DNA from: Rhizomicrobium sp. | GTDB taxonomy: Bacteria; Pseudomonadota; Alphaproteobacteria; Micropepsales; Micropepsaceae | Reading direction: 5' to 3' | Length of the DNA stretch: 64,000 bases | Assembly: GCA_035512055.1 (NCBI GenBank) | Contig: DATKEP010000064.1 | Span: forward strand, 720-64,719 | Shown: one piece after another, positions 19,764 to 29,355 of the stretch | Layout of the letters: each line of letters begins with the position of its first letter | Position numbering within the stretch: position 1 is the first letter of the stretch | The notes under the pieces: generated by a model | The model's database searches: none | Told to the model about the DNA's origin: nothing | Seen by the model: the letters and a program-made list of their open reading frames with translations, nothing else | Translations under genes and position numbers: made by a program

Positions 19764-20483
19764 CTACTTTGATCGGGATTTCGCCCAGTCCGCGAACATC
19801 GGAAAATTTGATAGCGCTTCCTTGGCCTTGGCCTTGAACTTCTCGAACTGCATTACATTCTCGATGCGGGCTGCGAGGAATTCCTCGGTAGGCTTTTCAT
19901 CCTCGCTGGTGTCATTAAACCAGCGCATGGCGGTCGTGCCGTAAACGCCGGCCAATATTCCGCGCTTGGTGTAGAAATTGAAATCGGTCGAGGTATCGCC
20001 GGCTGCCCGCCACATCGCATCCACTGTGTGATAGACCAGCCTTGCACCCAGCGCCGCATGCATGGGCAAGGACAATAGCGCGGCCGCGCGGCGGGCCGCT
20101 TCCTTGTGGGGCTTCAGGATGGCGAACCGCGTCTTGACCGCGGTGGCGATGCGCTCGCGGATCTTCATCGTCTTCAGGTCCATCGCCGCCAGCCGATTTT
20201 CCATCTCCGCATCGGTATGGGTGGAATAGAATTCCACCAGGCCGATGGGCCCTCCCTCGAACAGCCGAGCCAGATCAACCTTTGTCGCGCCGGCCTCCTC
20301 GCCCGCCTTCTGCAGAACCTTGTCGGTAAAGCCATCAAAGGCGGCGTGCGGCAGCGCCTTGGCGAGGACCCTTTCGCGCATCTCCTGGTCTGTCATCGCT
20401 TTGGCCCTTGTCCCGGTCTTTTGCTTTGGCTCGACCTTCTTTGCGGGCTTCCTGCTGGCGGACTTTTTGGCAGCCTCGGTCAT
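19764..20483 (-). CDS. COQ9 family (ubiquinone biosynthesis) protein
   Basis: AAFDGFT, VDAMWRAAGDTSTDFNFYTKR, RIENVMQFEK; start at ATG 20483. Confidence 0.92.
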   Translation of the reverse strand: MTEAAKKSASRKPAKKVEPKQKTGTRAKAMTDQEMRERVLAKALPHAAFDGFTDKVLQKAGEEAGATKVDLARLFEGGPIGLVEFYSTHTDAEMENRLAAMDLKTMKIRERIATAVKTRFAILKPHKEAARRAAALLSLPMHAALGARLVYHTVDAMWRAAGDTSTDFNFYTKRGILAGVYGTTAMRWFNDTSEDEKPTEEFLAARIENVMQFEKFKAKAKEALSNFPMFADWAKSRSK

Positions 20484-20488
20484 GGCGG

Positions 20489-21037
20489 TCAGCTTGCCGA
20501 TTGATAATGGCGTATTTCGGACTCGAAGATCAGCCTCGACATGTCGCTGAGCCGCGAGGTGTAGAGCCGCCCGTCCAGATGGTCGCATTCATGCTGCACC
20601 ACCCGCGCGTGAAAGCCGCGCGCCACCCGCTCGATTTTCTCACCTTCCAACCCAAGGCCCCGGTAGCGGATATGGTCGGGCCGCTCGACCCAGCCGCGCA
20701 GGCCTGGAACCGACAGGCAACCCTCCCATCCGCCCTCCAGGTTGGGGGCAAGGATTTCCACTTCTGGATTGATCAGAACCGTCAGGGCCGCAGTGTGGTC
20801 GAAGCGCTCCTCCTCCGACAGGCCGGCGTCGCTGCGTCCCTCCGGGGCCTGGAACACTACAATCCGCAAGGGAACATGGACTTGGGGGGCGGCCAGCCCG
20901 GCTCCATTGGCGTCAATCATGGTTTCGACCATGTCATTGACAAGCCTGCGTATTTCGGGATGCCGGGGCTCTGCCACAGCGCGCGCGGGGGTGACCAGGA
21001 TGGGATGGCCCATGCGGGCGATTTTCAGGATTGCCAT
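20489..21037 (-). CDS. def: Peptide deformylase
   Basis: [26 protein letters not shown]. Confidence 0.96.
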   Translation of the reverse strand: MAILKIARMGHPILVTPARAVAEPRHPEIRRLVNDMVETMIDANGAGLAAPQVHVPLRIVVFQAPEGRSDAGLSEEERFDHTAALTVLINPEVEILAPNLEGGWEGCLSVPGLRGWVERPDHIRYRGLGLEGEKIERVARGFHARVVQHECDHLDGRLYTSRLSDMSRLIFESEIRHYQSAS

Positions 21038-21179
21038 GGCTCGGAATATGGCCCGGGGCGGGGATGTGCCTCAAGGATCGCGGGGCCCCTCGAAACAGTT
21101 AATTTCCGTAGGTAGACAGGCAAATACCCTTCTGGTATCACCCGCGCCTCTATTTTGGGCCATTTCCGGGAGTTTCGCT

Positions 21180-21392
21180 TTGCAGATCATTGTCCGCGAC
21201 AACAACATCGACCAGGCGCTCAAGGCGCTGAAGAAGAAGATGCAGCGCGAAGGCATCTTCCGGGAGATGAAGCTGCGCGGCGCCTATGAGAAGCCCAGCG
21301 AAAAGCGCGCCCGTGAGCGCGCCGAAGCGGTGCGCCGCTATCGCAAGCTGCAGCGCAAGCGCATGCAGCGCGAGGGTCTTCTCCCGCGCTAG
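21180..21392 (+). CDS. rpsU: 30S ribosomal protein S21
   Basis: TTG start; [30 protein letters not shown]...YEKPSE. Confidence 0.97.
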   Translation: MQIIVRDNNIDQALKALKKKMQREGIFREMKLRGAYEKPSEKRARERAEAVRRYRKLQRKRMQREGLLPR

Positions 21393-21619
21393 ATTTTCTT
21401 GCCTGACTTCGGAAGAGCCGCCGGTTTACTGGCGGCTTTTTTGTCTCTGCGCTTCTGGCTTACGTAATAGGCGCCGGCCGCGCCAATCGCGGCGCCAGCC
21501 AGCACCAGCAGCAAGGTTCCTGCGCCCGGCGCGATCTGGTCGCCGGCCACCTCGGTGACGGTCTTGAGGTCATCCGCGATGGTTTCGCGCCGCCGCAACA
21601 GGTTCTTGAGCTTCAGCAC
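21389..21619 (-). CDS. Small single-pass membrane hypothetical protein
   Basis: Hydrophobic [18 protein letters not shown] followed by a Lys-rich tail; immediately downstream of the CDF transporter. Confidence 0.55.
   Translation of the reverse strand: MLKLKNLLRRRETIADDLKTVTEVAGDQIAPGAGTLLLVLAGAAIGAAGAYYVSQKRRDKKAASKPAALPKSGKKI
21416..21442 (+). terminator. Intrinsic terminator of rpsU
   Basis: agccgcc/ggcggct stem followed by a T run; lies inside the antisense 76-aa ORF. Confidence 0.7.
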
Positions 21620-21631
21620 GGGTGAAACATC

Positions 21632-22678
21632 TCAGGTGCAATCGGCGCAGACCGCGACTTCGACCGTGACATGGGACAGGTCCGGATATCGGCGGCGCAG
21701 AGTCGCCTTGATCGCTTCGGCACTGACGGCGTCAGGAGAAACCAGCGACACGATCAGCCCGCGATGGCCAGGCCCCAAGCGCCAAAGATGGAGGTCGGGA
21801 ATGCGCGCCTTGAGCTCGCTCTGCAGGAAATTGCGGATTTCTTCCGACATGCCGGGATCGGCATCGGCGTCCAGCAGCACCAAGCCACTGTCGCGGATCA
21901 GGCCGTATGACCAGGAGGCGATCACAAAAGCGCCGACCAATCCGCTGACGGGATCCAGAATCCCCAGCCCGAAATAATAACCGCAAGCCAGCGCCACGAT
22001 GGCCAGTACGCTGGTGGCGGCATCAGCCAGCACATGCACGTATGCGGCGCGCATATTGTTGTCATGGCCATGCGCGTGCGCGTGGTCATGACCATGGCCG
22101 TGCGAATGGTCATCCTTCAGGATCAGGGCGCTGATCAGATTCACGGCCAGCCCGATGCAGGCGATCAATAGCGCGTCGCCATAGGCCACCGCGACCGGAC
22201 TGATGATGCGCTGAATCGATTCAACCGCAACGGCAAGGGCGGTCACGCCCAGAAGGATTGCGCTGGAAAAAGCCGCCAGATCGCCAAACTTTCCCGAGCC
22301 AAAGCTGAAACGCCCGCTGCCCGCATGGCGCCGCGCCAGCCAGTAGGCGCCCGCCGCCAGCCCCAGTGCCCCCACATGGGTCGCCATGTGCGCGCCGTCG
22401 GCGAGAAGCGCCATGGAGTGATAGGCAAGACCGCAGACGATCTCCACGCACATGAAGATGGCGGTAACGATCGCCGCCCATTTCGCACGGGACTCCGCCC
22501 GGGAATGACCCTGGCCCAGGAACACGTGATCGCGGGTCCAGATGCCGTGATCGTGCGGCTTTTCGGCGGCACGGCTATGATCGTGATCATGATCATGGTG
22601 GTGGTCATGGTCATGGTCGTGGTCATGGGAATGACCATGCGAATGATTGTGACCGTCCAGGGTGTGGTCGTGCGCCAT
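21632..22678 (-). CDS. dmeF: CDF family Co/Ni efflux transporter, DmeF-like
   Basis: SMALLADGAHMATH, AAYVHVLADAATS, DLHLWRLGPGH; His-rich N-terminus and loop. Confidence 0.88.
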   Translation of the reverse strand: MAHDHTLDGHNHSHGHSHDHDHDHDHHHDHDHDHSRAAEKPHDHGIWTRDHVFLGQGHSRAESRAKWAAIVTAIFMCVEIVCGLAYHSMALLADGAHMATHVGALGLAAGAYWLARRHAGSGRFSFGSGKFGDLAAFSSAILLGVTALAVAVESIQRIISPVAVAYGDALLIACIGLAVNLISALILKDDHSHGHGHDHAHAHGHDNNMRAAYVHVLADAATSVLAIVALACGYYFGLGILDPVSGLVGAFVIASWSYGLIRDSGLVLLDADADPGMSEEIRNFLQSELKARIPDLHLWRLGPGHRGLIVSLVSPDAVSAEAIKATLRRRYPDLSHVTVEVAVCADCT

Positions 22679-22871
22679 GCGGATCAGTCTAGCGCGCTAC
22701 CGCTGTAAAATCAGCTAGGCGAATGCGCCCAAAAGCGGCAGAAGGGCCCCTGCGGCAACAAGTGCGCCGAGCAGCAAAAGCCGGGGATTTCGAATCGGGC
22801 GAAGCGACATGACCCTGACATAGTCCGATCCGGCGTCATTGCAACCTTACTGGCGTCGCGGATATGCGTGT

Positions 22872-24482
22872 TTACATCGACTGCGGCGCGCGGCAGGTGA
22901 AATTCGCCGCTTCGTGAATATCGCCATGTCCGTTGAAATGCGCCTCCAACGGAAAGCGGCAGATCGGACGCGTGGCTGTGACATGTTTGCTTTCGTCGAC
23001 ATGGGCGCCGATGAACAGTGATGGCGCTTCTCCGCTCGTCATCCATTTGTCGAGTGCCTTGACCATGTCGTGGTCGGGATCGTCGCTGACGGGGGCGCCG
23101 GTGGCTCCGCCGATGTGGGAAAAGCCTGCCCCGCCAGAGCAATGGCCCATGCCGGCCAGCGGGAAAAAGCGGAAGAAGCCGTCGGTCGCAGCCTGGCCGT
23201 AGCGCGCGACGATGCGGTTGTAGAAATCCACATCCATCATCGGCGTGATCACCGGATCGGCCCAGCCCTGAAAGAAGATGAACCGGCCGCCGCGCGCCTT
23301 GAAGCGGTCGAAGTCCACCTTTTCGTCATAGACCTCGGGCAATGTCGAATTGCCCACCTTGGTCTTCAAGGCGCGCTCGGTGTCGCGGTCGAAGTCGAAA
23401 TTCACATTCTTGAAATCGGGATCCTGGAACACCGTCAGCTTCCAGAACTCCGCGCTGCTGCCGCCTGGCGCGGCGCCGCCATCTTGCGCCAGCCAGCCCA
23501 GCTCGCTGCCGCGCACCTGGCCCGGCATCAGCACGGTGCCGTCGGACTTCCTGGCACCGGCATAGATGTGGCGCGCCGCTTCAACCTGCACCGGCGTCAG
23601 GCAGTCGGTCTTTTGTGTCTGGCTGCATTGGAATTGCACGGGATCGACGTTGCAGCGGCGCGGATCGGAGATCACGCCATCCTCGACCCCGTCGAGCTTG
23701 TCACAGGCCGCCACCATGTGCCGGTTGAGGATCGCCACGCTCTCGGCCGTGATGGCGCTTGGGTCACGCAATGCCGGATTGGCATTCCAGGTATGGCCGA
23801 ACATCAAAGCGGTCCATTTCCAGGGCGCCGCGCCCGCAACAAAACCGTCATAATCGGTGGGAAAGCGCGTCGCTTCCATCAAGGCGTGATGGCCGCCCGC
23901 TGAACAGGCGACGAAATAGTTCTTCACCGACGGTTTGCCGTAAAAGGCGCGCACGACCTGCTTGGCGGCGACTGTTGAGAGATGCAGCGCCCGCCACGCC
24001 CAGTCGATCATCTTCTCGGGGTGCTTGTAGGCCCATTTTTGGCCACTGCCGCCCAATGGATCGCTCAGATCGGTCAGATGGCCATTGTCGGTGGACATGG
24101 TGGCAAAGCCCGCGAGCAAGGCATCGCGCATGGGACCGGGCGAGATCGCACCGGCGCTGCCGCCCGAACCTTCGCCGCGGAACTTGCCATTCCACTGGGC
24201 GGCCGGCGGCAGCCAAACTTCGAAGCCGATATGGGAGTCGGCGGTCGGCGTGGCCTTCCCGATCACGCGGCAGAAGGGCGCGCTGACCTTGGTCGTGCCT
24301 ACCGTGTCGCCATCGTTCAGATATTCGGCGCTCTGGATGACGGTGTTGGGCGCGACAGTCCGGCCCGTCAAGGCGGAGCAGCTTTGGGCATCACCGGACG
24401 AGGGGCCGGCGGCACGCACGGCACCTGAAAGCAGGAATGGCGCGAGTGCCGCGGCAGAAACAATTGGTTTGAGATGCCCCAT
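22872..24482 (-). CDS. Secreted tannase / feruloyl esterase family alpha/beta hydrolase
   Basis: Signal peptide; WLPPAAQWNGKF, ACSAGG, YDGFVAGAP, GWADPVI, GMGHCSGG (CS-D-HC triad). Confidence 0.92.
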   Translation of the reverse strand: MGHLKPIVSAAALAPFLLSGAVRAAGPSSGDAQSCSALTGRTVAPNTVIQSAEYLNDGDTVGTTKVSAPFCRVIGKATPTADSHIGFEVWLPPAAQWNGKFRGEGSGGSAGAISPGPMRDALLAGFATMSTDNGHLTDLSDPLGGSGQKWAYKHPEKMIDWAWRALHLSTVAAKQVVRAFYGKPSVKNYFVACSAGGHHALMEATRFPTDYDGFVAGAAPWKWTALMFGHTWNANPALRDPSAITAESVAILNRHMVAACDKLDGVEDGVISDPRRCNVDPVQFQCSQTQKTDCLTPVQVEAARHIYAGARKSDGTVLMPGQVRGSELGWLAQDGGAAPGGSSAEFWKLTVFQDPDFKNVNFDFDRDTERALKTKVGNSTLPEVYDEKVDFDRFKARGGRFIFFQGWADPVITPMMDVDFYNRIVARYGQAATDGFFRFFPLAGMGHCSGGAGFSHIGGATGAPVSDDPDHDMVKALDKWMTSGEAPSLFIGAHVDESKHVTATRPICRFPLEAHFNGHGDIHEAANFTCRAPQSM

Positions 24483-24536
24483 CCGCTTCCCCCAATTCTG
24501 ATTTTGGGGAAACTCTCTGCCCTCGCAAGGATAGCG

Positions 24537-25349
24537 TCAAGACGGCGGCGGCGAGTGCATGTAGCTCTGCACCAGCGAGCCGGCCACCAGCCGCCAGCCA
24601 TCCACCAGCACAAAGAAAATCAGCTTGAAGGGCAGGGAGATGATCACTGGTGGCAGCATCATCATGCCCATGCTCATCAGGATCGAGGCCACTGCCATGT
24701 CGATGATCAGGAAAGGCACGAAGATCAAAAAGCCGATCTCGAAGGCTCGCTTGAGCTCGCTCAGCATGAAGGCGGGCGCAAGCGTGGTCACCTCGATCTT
24801 GGCGGGGTCATTGACCGCCGTTTTATGGGCCATGTCGGCAAACAGTTTCAGGTCGGCATCGCGCACATGCGCCAGCATGAATTTTTTCATCGGCACCAGC
24901 GCCTGGGTGAAGCCCTGCTCGGTGGTGACCTGGTTGCTCATCATGGGCTTGATGCCCTGGGTGTAGGCGTCGGTGAGCGTGGGGCTCATGATGAACAGAG
25001 TGAGGAACATGGCCAGCGACACGATCACGCTGTTGGGCGGAGAGCTTTGAAGGCCCAACGCGGTGCGCAGCAGCGACAGCACCACCACGATGCGCACAAA
25101 GCTGGTCATCATGATGATGATCGAGGGCGCAATCGACAGGACCGTGACCAGGGCCACGATCTGCAGCATGCGGTCGGTGAAGAGCCCATTGCCGTTGAGG
25201 TCGATGGAAAGTCCATTGGCGGCAGGGGTGGCCGCGGCGGCCGCCGCGGCATTGGCGGGTGCCATGTGCAGCGGCGCGGCAAAGGCGGCTGCCGGCATCA
25301 CGATCGCCAGAAGAAGCAGGAAGGGCAGCAGGCGCCTGATCAAGGTCAT
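24537..25349 (-). CDS. fliP: Flagellar export protein FliP
   Basis: MMTSFVRIVVVLSLLR, PPNSV, SELKRAFEIGF, LPFKLIFFVLVDGW. Confidence 0.97.
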   Translation of the reverse strand: MTLIRRLLPFLLLLAIVMPAAAFAAPLHMAPANAAAAAAATPAANGLSIDLNGNGLFTDRMLQIVALVTVLSIAPSIIIMMTSFVRIVVVLSLLRTALGLQSSPPNSVIVSLAMFLTLFIMSPTLTDAYTQGIKPMMSNQVTTEQGFTQALVPMKKFMLAHVRDADLKLFADMAHKTAVNDPAKIEVTTLAPAFMLSELKRAFEIGFLIFVPFLIIDMAVASILMSMGMMMLPPVIISLPFKLIFFVLVDGWRLVAGSLVQSYMHSPPPS

Positions 25350-25630
25350 GGCTTGCCCGCATCCTTGGCGGGAATGCCGGTCTCCAGGATGGAGGCGCCA
25401 TCGGGACCGGACAGAACCAGATGTTCGACATTGTCGCGGCGGACGATGAAAAGGCGCTGGCGCGGCCCCACCATTAATGTCTCCACGATCGCAAGCCGCT
25501 TGTCGCTGATTGCGCGGGTGACGCCGGGAACGCCGAAGCGGCGCGCGAGCAAGCCGGCGCCGCCCACCATGGCCAATACGAGAAGGAGCGCGGCGAAGTA
25601 GCGCAGGAGATCGATGAATTCCATGGGCAT
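25346..25630 (-). CDS. fliO: Flagellar protein FliO
   Basis: N-terminal TM helix, RLAIVETLMVGPRQRLFIVR; translationally coupled to fliP. Confidence 0.85.
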   Translation of the reverse strand: MPMEFIDLLRYFAALLLVLAMVGGAGLLARRFGVPGVTRAISDKRLAIVETLMVGPRQRLFIVRRDNVEHLVLSGPDGASILETGIPAKDAGKP

Positions 25631-25649
25631 TGATTAACAGGCATCAAGC

Positions 25650-25664
25650 TTAATCGCGGGTTAA
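25650..25664. promoter_or_regulatory. CtrA box (TTAA-N7-TTAA)
   Basis: TTAA-tcgcggg-TTAA in the fliO/flgB divergent intergenic region. Confidence 0.85.
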
Positions 25665-25701
25665 AGCGCGGCAGATCGTGCCCGGCAAAATCTTCTGGGC
25701 A

Positions 25702-25716
25702 TTAAGTCGTGCTTAA
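25702..25716. promoter_or_regulatory. CtrA box (TTAA-N7-TTAA)
   Basis: TTAA-gtcgtgc-TTAA in the same intergenic region. Confidence 0.85.
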
Positions 25717-25769
25717 GCATGAGGGGCGCAGGCTCGCGCCGTATTCAAGGCTAACAGAAGGTTACCGCC

Positions 25770-26168
25770 ATGGACCTGCCGGATGTACCGCTACTCGCGA
25801 TGCTGCGCGAACGCATGAACTGGCTGCATCAGCGCCAGGACGTGCTGTCCGAGAATGTCGCAAATGCCGATACGCCAAACTTTGTCGCGCGCGACCTGAA
25901 GCCGCTCGATTTCGAGCAGGCGCTTGGCACGGTGTCCACCGGTCCATCGCTGTTGACCACAAATGTGCGTCACATTTCGCTGACGCCCACACACATGGGC
26001 AAGTTTGAAGACCATGAAACGCCGGACCAAGAATCCAGCCCCAACGGCAATTCCGTCGCGCTGGAAGCCGAAATGGTCAAGGTGTCCGAAACCCAATCGC
26101 AGTTCCAGGCCGCGGCCAATCTCTATGCCAAGGCCATGAGCATGATGAAAGTAGCGATCGGTCACTAG
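25770..26168 (+). CDS. flgB: Flagellar basal body rod protein FlgB
   Basis: RQDVLSENVANADTPNF, SPNGNSVALEAEM. Confidence 0.96.
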   Translation: MDLPDVPLLAMLRERMNWLHQRQDVLSENVANADTPNFVARDLKPLDFEQALGTVSTGPSLLTTNVRHISLTPTHMGKFEDHETPDQESSPNGNSVALEAEMVKVSETQSQFQAAANLYAKAMSMMKVAIGH

Positions 26169-26175
26169 GAGCTTT

Positions 26176-26193
26176 CGCGTGAGCGAGAGCGAC
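26176..26193 (+). repeat. Short repeat CGCGWGAGCGRGAGCGAC, intergenic copy
   Basis: cgcgtgagcgagagcgac; matches two in-frame copies in the flhF-like gene (56317-56375, minus strand). Confidence 0.5.
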
Positions 26194-26219
26194 CTACATA
26201 AAGCATAAGGAGACGAAAA

Positions 26220-26627
26220 ATGGACTTTTCAAAATCCATGTCAGTTGCCGCCTCCGGCATGCGGGCCCAGACCGACCGCATGAAGGTCATCGCGGAAAAC
26301 ATCGCCAACGCCAATTCGACCTCACCGGTCAAGGGCGGCGATCCCTATCGCCGCAAGATCGCCACCGTCACCCAGAATTTCAACGATGAACTGGGCGCCA
26401 CGCTGGTCAGTGCCAGCAAGCCGCTCACCGACAAGAGTGAATTCAAGAGCCAATATGATCCCGGCAATCCCAATGCCGATTCCCAGGGCTATGTGAAGCT
26501 GCCCAATGTCGACAGCCTGGTGGAAATCATGGATATGCGCGACGCGCAGCGCTCCTACGAGGCCGATTTGCAGATGCTGGATACCACCAAGCAGATGATG
26601 GCCCGCACGGTCGATCTGCTCAAATAG
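26220..26627 (+). CDS. flgC: Flagellar basal body rod protein FlgC
   Basis: IAENIANANST, DPYRRK, YDPGNPNAD, YVKLPNVD. Confidence 0.97.
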   Translation: MDFSKSMSVAASGMRAQTDRMKVIAENIANANSTSPVKGGDPYRRKIATVTQNFNDELGATLVSASKPLTDKSEFKSQYDPGNPNADSQGYVKLPNVDSLVEIMDMRDAQRSYEADLQMLDTTKQMMARTVDLLK

Positions 26628-26638
26628 GGAGATAAACG

Positions 26639-26953
26639 ATGACCATTCCCGCCGCCGCAGCCGCCGCCTACCGCGCCGCCGCGCAAATGAATCCGCAAGG
26701 TCCCGCAGCCGGTGTCACGCCGGCGGAATTGCCGGGATCGAGCTTTTCGGATTTCCTGTCTGGCGCGATCAAGGACTCCATCAGCACCATCCGTCAGGGC
26801 GAACAGGCGGCAACTGCCCAGGTGCAGGGCAAGGCCAATCTGGTGGATGTGGTCCAGCAGGTGAACAGCGCCGAGCTGACCCTCGATACCGTGGTGGCGG
26901 TGCGCGACAAGGTCGTGGCCGCCTACCAGTCCATCATGAACATGCCGATCTGA
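26639..26953 (+). CDS. fliE: Flagellar hook-basal body protein FliE
   Basis: LVDVVQQV..AELTL..VVAVRDKVVAAYQSIMNMPI. Confidence 0.96.
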   Translation: MTIPAAAAAAYRAAAQMNPQGPAAGVTPAELPGSSFSDFLSGAIKDSISTIRQGEQAATAQVQGKANLVDVVQQVNSAELTLDTVVAVRDKVVAAYQSIMNMPI

Positions 26954-26993
26954 GTTCGCCTCTCACCCTTCGCATGCGGCCAAAGGAATAATC

Positions 26994-27257
26994 ATGGATC
27001 CCGCCATCACCATCGACTTCGCCCGCAGCTCCATCCTGGTGCTTCTGGAAATCATCGCGCCTTCCATGATCACTGCCCTGGTGGTGGGTCTTGGCATCGG
27101 CCTACTTCAGGCCGTGACCCAGATCCAGGAACAGACACTGGTATTCGTGCCCAAGATCGTTGCCAGCTTCGTGGTCCTGTTGCTTGTGCTGCCCTTTGTT
27201 GGCGCGGCGCTGAGCGGTCTGATGAACGATGTCGCCAACAGGATTGCGGCTTACTGA
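26994..27257 (+). CDS. fliQ: Flagellar export protein FliQ
   Basis: LLQAVTQIQEQTLVFVPKI. Confidence 0.96.
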   Translation: MDPAITIDFARSSILVLLEIIAPSMITALVVGLGIGLLQAVTQIQEQTLVFVPKIVASFVVLLLVLPFVGAALSGLMNDVANRIAAY

Positions 27258-27316
27258 ATGAAAAAACGGGACTACCGCTCTCGCTGCTTGAGCCCCGTTT
27301 TTTGCAACAGGTTGCC

Positions 27317-28084
27317 ATGACCATCCATCTTCCCGCGCTGTCCGGCATTGTCCTGACCTACCTGCTGGTGTTCAGCCGCGTAGGCGCAATGGTCATGCTG
27401 TTGCCGGCGCTGGGCGAAATGACGGTGCCGGCGCCGGTGCGCCTGGTGCTGGCGCTTGGCATTACCAGCGCACTGACGCCGCAGATTCAGGCCAGCTATC
27501 CCGGTGTTAACCCGCAAACCACGCTTGCGCTGGTGGTCCTGATCGTTCAGGAGGTCACGGCCGGCGTCTTGGTGGGCGCGATGGCGCGCATCGTCATGAG
27601 CGCCTTACAGGTTGCCGGCTATCTGATCGCCACCCAGACGGGCCTGGCCTATGCCCAGACCATTGACCCCACCCAGAACACGCAAGGGGCCGTCCTGGGC
27701 AACTTCATGTCGCTGCTGGGCACGACCCTGATCTTCATCACCAACCTGCATCACCTGGCGATCGGCGCCATTGCCGGCAGTTATCACATGCTGCCGCCCG
27801 GCGGCCATCTGCCCACCGGCGACATGGCGCAACTGGTTATCCAGCTTACATCTTCCTCGTTTGCGCTTGGCTTCCAGCTCGCCGCGCCCTTCCTCGTCTT
27901 CGGCTTTGCGGTCTATGCGGGGCTGGGCGTGCTGGCGCGGCTGATGCCGCAGCTGCAGATTTTCTTCGTCGCGGTACCGATCAACATCATGTGCGGCTTT
28001 CTGATCATGCTGGCACTGATCGGATCGCTGATGACGGTATTTCTGACCTACTACGCCAACTCCATGGCCGTGTTCTTGAGGTAG
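27317..28084 (+). CDS. fliR: Flagellar export protein FliR
   Basis: LVFSRVGAMVMLLP, AGYLIATQTGL, RLMPQLQIFFV; start at ATG 27317. Confidence 0.96.
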   Translation: MTIHLPALSGIVLTYLLVFSRVGAMVMLLPALGEMTVPAPVRLVLALGITSALTPQIQASYPGVNPQTTLALVVLIVQEVTAGVLVGAMARIVMSALQVAGYLIATQTGLAYAQTIDPTQNTQGAVLGNFMSLLGTTLIFITNLHHLAIGAIAGSYHMLPPGGHLPTGDMAQLVIQLTSSSFALGFQLAAPFLVFGFAVYAGLGVLARLMPQLQIFFVAVPINIMCGFLIMLALIGSLMTVFLTYYANSMAVFLR

Positions 28085-28087
28085 GCC

Positions 28088-29170
28088 GTGGCGGAAGACC
28101 AGGACAAATCCCAGCAGACCGAAGAGCCGACACAAAAACGGCTGGATCAGGCGCGCGAGCAGGGCGACGTCGTCAAATCCACCGAGGTTACGGCCTTCAT
28201 CCTTCTGGGCGGCGGCACCCTCGCCATCGCCATTTTCGGAAAGTATACCGCCGTCGGTTTGGCGCGCACGCTGTCGATGTTCCTGGAACAGCCCGAAACG
28301 ATGAGCGTGGATGGCGCCGGTCTTTCGGCCATGATGCGTGTGCTGGTACCCAAAATCGCCATGGCGTTGATGCCCATCTTCGCGGTGGTCTTGGCGGCGG
28401 GCGTCGCCGGCCATGTGCTGCAGGCGCGCCCCGGCTTCGCGCTGGACAAGATCGCGCCGGATTTGTCCAAGCTCTCGCCGCTTGCCGGTTTCAGGCGCCT
28501 GTTCGGCATCGAAGGCTGGATGAACCTGCTCAAGGGCCTGGTGAAGATGGCCATCGTCGGAATCGCCATCTGGACTCAGCTCTGGCCCGAGCGCGGCGGT
28601 CTGGAATCCATTCTCAACCAGTCCACCGTGGGCGTGGTGGACGACATGTCCCGTCTTCTGTTCAAGGTCCTGACGGCGTCGCTGGTGTCGCTGGGCACGA
28701 TCGCGGGTGCAGATTATTTTTGGCAGCGCATGCGCTGGCTGTCGCGCAACCGCATGTCCAAGCAGGACATCAAGGAAGAATACCGCCAGAATGAAGGCGA
28801 TCCCGTCATCAAGTCCAAGATCCGCGCGCTGCGCCAGGAACGCGCAAGGAAGCGGATGATGACGGCCGTGCCGAAGGCCACGGTGGTGATCATGAATCCG
28901 ACTCACTATGCCGTGGCGCTGAAATATGAGAGCGGCAAGATGGCCGCGCCCGTCTGTGTCGCCAAGGGCGTCGACGCGCTGGCCTTGCGCATCCGCGCCG
29001 TGGCCGAGGAAAACGACGTGCCGGTCGTGGAAAATCCGCCGCTTGCGCGCGCACTGCACGCGGCCATCGAAATCGACGAGTCCGTGCCGCCGGAACATTT
29101 CAAAGCGGTGGCGCAGGTCATCGGCTACGTTTTGCGCCTGAAAGGCAGGCTGCCTGCGCGCATCAACTAG
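28088..29170 (+). CDS. flhB: Flagellar export protein FlhB
   Basis: KSQQTEEPTQKRL, MSKQDIKEEY, EGDP, NPTH autocleavage motif. Confidence 0.97.
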   Translation: MAEDQDKSQQTEEPTQKRLDQAREQGDVVKSTEVTAFILLGGGTLAIAIFGKYTAVGLARTLSMFLEQPETMSVDGAGLSAMMRVLVPKIAMALMPIFAVVLAAGVAGHVLQARPGFALDKIAPDLSKLSPLAGFRRLFGIEGWMNLLKGLVKMAIVGIAIWTQLWPERGGLESILNQSTVGVVDDMSRLLFKVLTASLVSLGTIAGADYFWQRMRWLSRNRMSKQDIKEEYRQNEGDPVIKSKIRALRQERARKRMMTAVPKATVVIMNPTHYAVALKYESGKMAAPVCVAKGVDALALRIRAVAEENDVPVVENPPLARALHAAIEIDESVPPEHFKAVAQVIGYVLRLKGRLPARIN

Positions 29171-29355
29171 GCGCGCTACCCACAGTCGATTCCCACACCG
29201 CGAAGTTCCTCGCGCCTAAGCGGCTGATTCGAGCCATTAATTATTTTGACCGGGAAGTGCTGAACACCGTTCGCGCCGCCTAGAAATTCGTTAACAAATT
29301 CAGCCATTTAGTGCTCGGAAACGTTTGGTTAACCAAATCTTGTATTGTGGGGTTA

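Noticed and set aside
22690-22870. Riboswitch or repeat between the CDF transporter and the tannase gene
   Set aside because: Contains GCAGAAG but no CGACG anchor, no coherent stems and no known aptamer motif
25682-25692. CCGGCAAA(A)TC word upstream of both flgB/fliO and flhA (58923-58932)
   Set aside because: Only 10-11 bp, and a similar word occurs inside coding sequence (55918); too weak without more promoters
29326-29339. Perfect 14-bp palindrome tttggttaaccaaa upstream of cckA
   Set aside because: Contains a CtrA-like half-site but no TTAA-N7-TTAA spacing; cannot be assigned
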